From: a virus
Virus record (IMG/VR): IMGVR_UViG_3300028902_000027
Strand: one strand, 5' to 3'
Length of the DNA stretch: 42,945 nucleotides
Positions 41,346-42,945 of the stretch are shown in pieces (the first letter of the stretch is position 1; each line of letters opens with the position of its first letter). The translations under genes and the position numbers were made by a program. The notes beneath the pieces are model-generated. The model had not been told where the DNA came from, made no database searches, and saw only the letters and a program-made list of their open reading frames with translations.

Positions 41346-42945
41346 ATGGGACTATTCGACGCGCTAGCGCTAGCTTTCTCTGGACAGATTGCACCGAATG
41401 TGTCCCCCATGCGTTCCGATGGCTGGACGAATACGCTAACGGGTCAAGGGACTGTAGAGCGAGATAAGTCCCAATCTGCCTATTACTTTCGCGATCGAAT
41501 ACTGAACGGTCCGGAGCTTTCGGATCTCTATTACGGTGACTTTCTCGCAAAGATCGTGGTAGACGAACTAGTTGATCAAGCCTTCCGACGAGGTGTCTGT
41601 ATCGAGACAGAAGCTGGTGAGGGAGGAGAAGACTTCCTCAAATGGGCGGAAGAGAAATACTCCGCTATGGCGCAAGTCAAGCACGCTTGCAAGATGGGCC
41701 GGCTATTCGGCGGAGCACTCATCCTAGTGGGCGCCAATGACGGCCAAGACTTGGATCAACCTCTGAACGTTGACCGTATCAAGTCTATCGATTGGATTTT
41801 GGTTGTTGACCGAAGGCAAGCCCAACCTTGCAAGTGGTATACGATCCTAGGACCCAAGCTTGGCCGGCCGGAGCAATACCAAATCTCTCTCATGGGCTCT
41901 GCTTTCTTCGGAGGCAGTCCGAAGGATCTCAAGGGGAAGCAAGTCAACTTCACCAAGATGCATGAGACGCGCACGATCCGCTTCGATGGCGAGCAAGTCG
42001 ACCGCGTCAAGTCTCTAGAGCTTTTCAACGGTTGGAGCCTGTCGGTACTGCAACGCTGCTACCCTATCCTTCAATCATTTGGTGCCGCAATGGGTGGCAT
42101 CGATAACATGCTAGTGGACGGATCGCAAGGCGTGTTCAAGATCAAGGACTTGATCAAGATGCTTGCCGGTTCGCAGGCAGATAAGATCATGGACCGTTTG
42201 CGCATTATGGACATGTCTAGATCCATCGTGCGCGGCATCGTTCTCGACTCCGACGGGGAGTCTTTCGAGAACGTGGAGAGAACCTTTACGGGTCTAGCGG
42301 ACGTAATCGATCGCAAGATTCTCCAACTGTCTGCCGCAACTAGGATTCCTGTGTCCGTTCTCATGGGCCGCTCCGCCGCCGGCATGAATGCCACTGGAGA
42401 GCTAGATCTAACCAATTGGTATGACCAAGTTGAGACGTACCAAGAGGATCCGCTAGAACATTTGATCGATTCTTTTCTCCGTTTGCTAGCACGGGATAAG
42501 GATTCTCCCCTATCACCTGAATTGGTTGACGTGGAGTTCCCTCCGCTAAAGACCATGACGGCCAAAGAGGAAGCGGAGATCTATACACAGGTGACGGGCG
42601 CCGATGCGGTCAATATCGACAAGGGTGTTCTAGACCCGGCCGCGGTTGCCATTGCTCGATTTGGTCAAGGGAAGTGGAGTCCGCGCGCACCCGAGGTGGA
42701 TGTCGAGGCATTGCAGAGGGAGCTTGCCACAAGGGAGACCTTTGACGTTCCCACGCCTCCCGGAGCCCCCACGGACCCGGCAACGGACCCGGAAGCCCCC
42801 ACGGACCCTGCAACGGACCCGGAAGCCCCCACGGACCCGGCAACGGACCCGGAAGCCCCCACGGACCCGGCAACGGACCCGGAAGCCCCCACGGACCCGG
42901 CAACGGACCCGGAAGCCCCCACGGACCCGGCAACGGACCCGGAAG
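41346..42945 (+). CDS. Portal protein (DUF1073-type), runs off the window end and continues at 1..234
   Basis: The frame is open from the ATG at 41346 to the end of the window. Core pattern ...ILVGANDGQD...MGRSAAGMNATGELDLTNWY.... This ORF is not in the supplied ORF track because it has no stop in the window. Confidence 0.85.
   Translation, partial: MGLFDALALAFSGQIAPNVSPMRSDGWTNTLTGQGTVERDKSQSAYYFRDRILNGPELSDLYYGDFLAKIVVDELVDQAFRRGVCIETEAGEGGEDFLKWAEEKYSAMAQVKHACKMGRLFGGALILVGANDGQDLDQPLNVDRIKSIDWILVVDRRQAQPCKWYTILGPKLGRPEQYQISLMGSAFFGGSPKDLKGKQVNFTKMHETRTIRFDGEQVDRVKSLELFNGWSLSVLQRCYPILQSFGAAMGGIDNMLVDGSQGVFKIKDLIKMLAGSQADKIMDRLRIMDMSRSIVRGIVLDSDGESFENVERTFTGLADVIDRKILQLSAATRIPVSVLMGRSAAGMNATGELDLTNWYDQVETYQEDPLEHLIDSFLRLLARDKDSPLSPELVDVEFPPLKTMTAKEEAEIYTQVTGADAVNIDKGVLDPAAVAIARFGQGKWSPRAPEVDVEALQRELATRETFDVPTPPGAPTDPATDPEAPTDPATDPEAPTDPATDPEAPTDPATDPEAPTDPATDPEAPTDPATDPE
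42759..42945 (+). repeat. In-frame 30-nt tandem repeat (six units plus 7 nt) encoding PGAPTDPATD, then PEAPTDPATD
   Basis: Units start at 42759, 42789, 42819, 42849, 42879 and 42909. There is a single synonymous variant (cct, T at 42809). The last 97 nt equal nt 1-97. Confidence 0.9.

Noticed and set aside
42610-42933. 107-aa minus-strand ORF with the collagen-like-looking repeat PGPWGLPGPL
   Set aside because: It is the antisense reading of the portal C-terminal tandem repeat. The plus-strand frame is continuous with a recognisable portal core and ends in a stop coupled to the next gene, so the minus ORF is a by-product of the repeat.
42939-42945. A frameshift in the portal gene if position 42945 is joined directly to position 1
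   Set aside because: The shift disappears if the identical ends are overlapped (7 + 30n nt). It is most likely an artefact of how the circular contig was linearised, not a real recoding event.
1-42945. A lysogeny module (integrase, CI/Cro-type repressor, attP) or a transposable element
   Set aside because: No tyrosine or serine recombinase motifs, transposase or classical HTH repressor gene were recognised. The operator-like repeats therefore lack an obvious cognate repressor, and the phage looks virulent. Small unknown ORFs could still hide a regulator.

Overview
The window reads as one essentially complete, circularly permuted genome (about 42.9 kb, mid-50s % GC by eye) of a tailed dsDNA phage with a contractile tail. 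No host chromosome is evident.

Layout:
- (i) + strand: portal (41346..42945, wrapping to 1..234 through an in-frame tandem repeat), a collagen-like/lectin-like protein and a Mu-F/SPP1-gp7-type head protein.
- (ii) A long leftward block (16968 down to 1673): early small ORFs, a P-loop kinase, a Cas4-like nuclease, an SNF2/DEAH helicase, an SSB-like protein, tRNA-Leu(UAG), a family-A DNA polymerase, an ECF-like sigma factor and the large terminase. One rightward primase-polymerase/VirE-type helicase gene (12550..14790) interrupts it.
- (iii) A 1.27-kb non-coding control region (16969..18241) with divergent sigma70-type promoters and several families of short repeats.
- (iv) A rightward block (18242..40315): two early-looking genes, tRNA-Gln(UUG), scaffold/protease, decoration and HK97-fold capsid genes, connector genes, fibre genes, two lysis-like clusters, sheath, tube, a chaperone with a -1 frameshift, tape measure, baseplate and a BNR-type fibre.
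- (v) Leftward RuvC-like resolvase and small-terminase-like gene (41314 down to 40312).

No integrase, repressor, transposase, CRISPR array, reverse transcriptase or rRNA was seen.

The most interesting sequence-level signals:
- A conserved CTAT(T/C)CTA box placed 5-7 nt before several start codons, suggesting leaderless transcription units.
- Operator-like repeat families in the control region, including three GACA-N3-ATGTCAT sites spaced exactly 53 bp.
- A portal with a C-terminal decapeptide array that also forms the contig junction.
- A multidomain Cas4-like nuclease with Pro-rich linkers and an AT-hook.
- Two separate lysis-like clusters inside the virion module.
- An ECF-like sigma gene overlapping terL.

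I did not find a clearly novel multi-gene system.

All functional calls come from motif recall, synteny and reading the sequence by eye. No database search or program was run, so family names are hypotheses to be confirmed.
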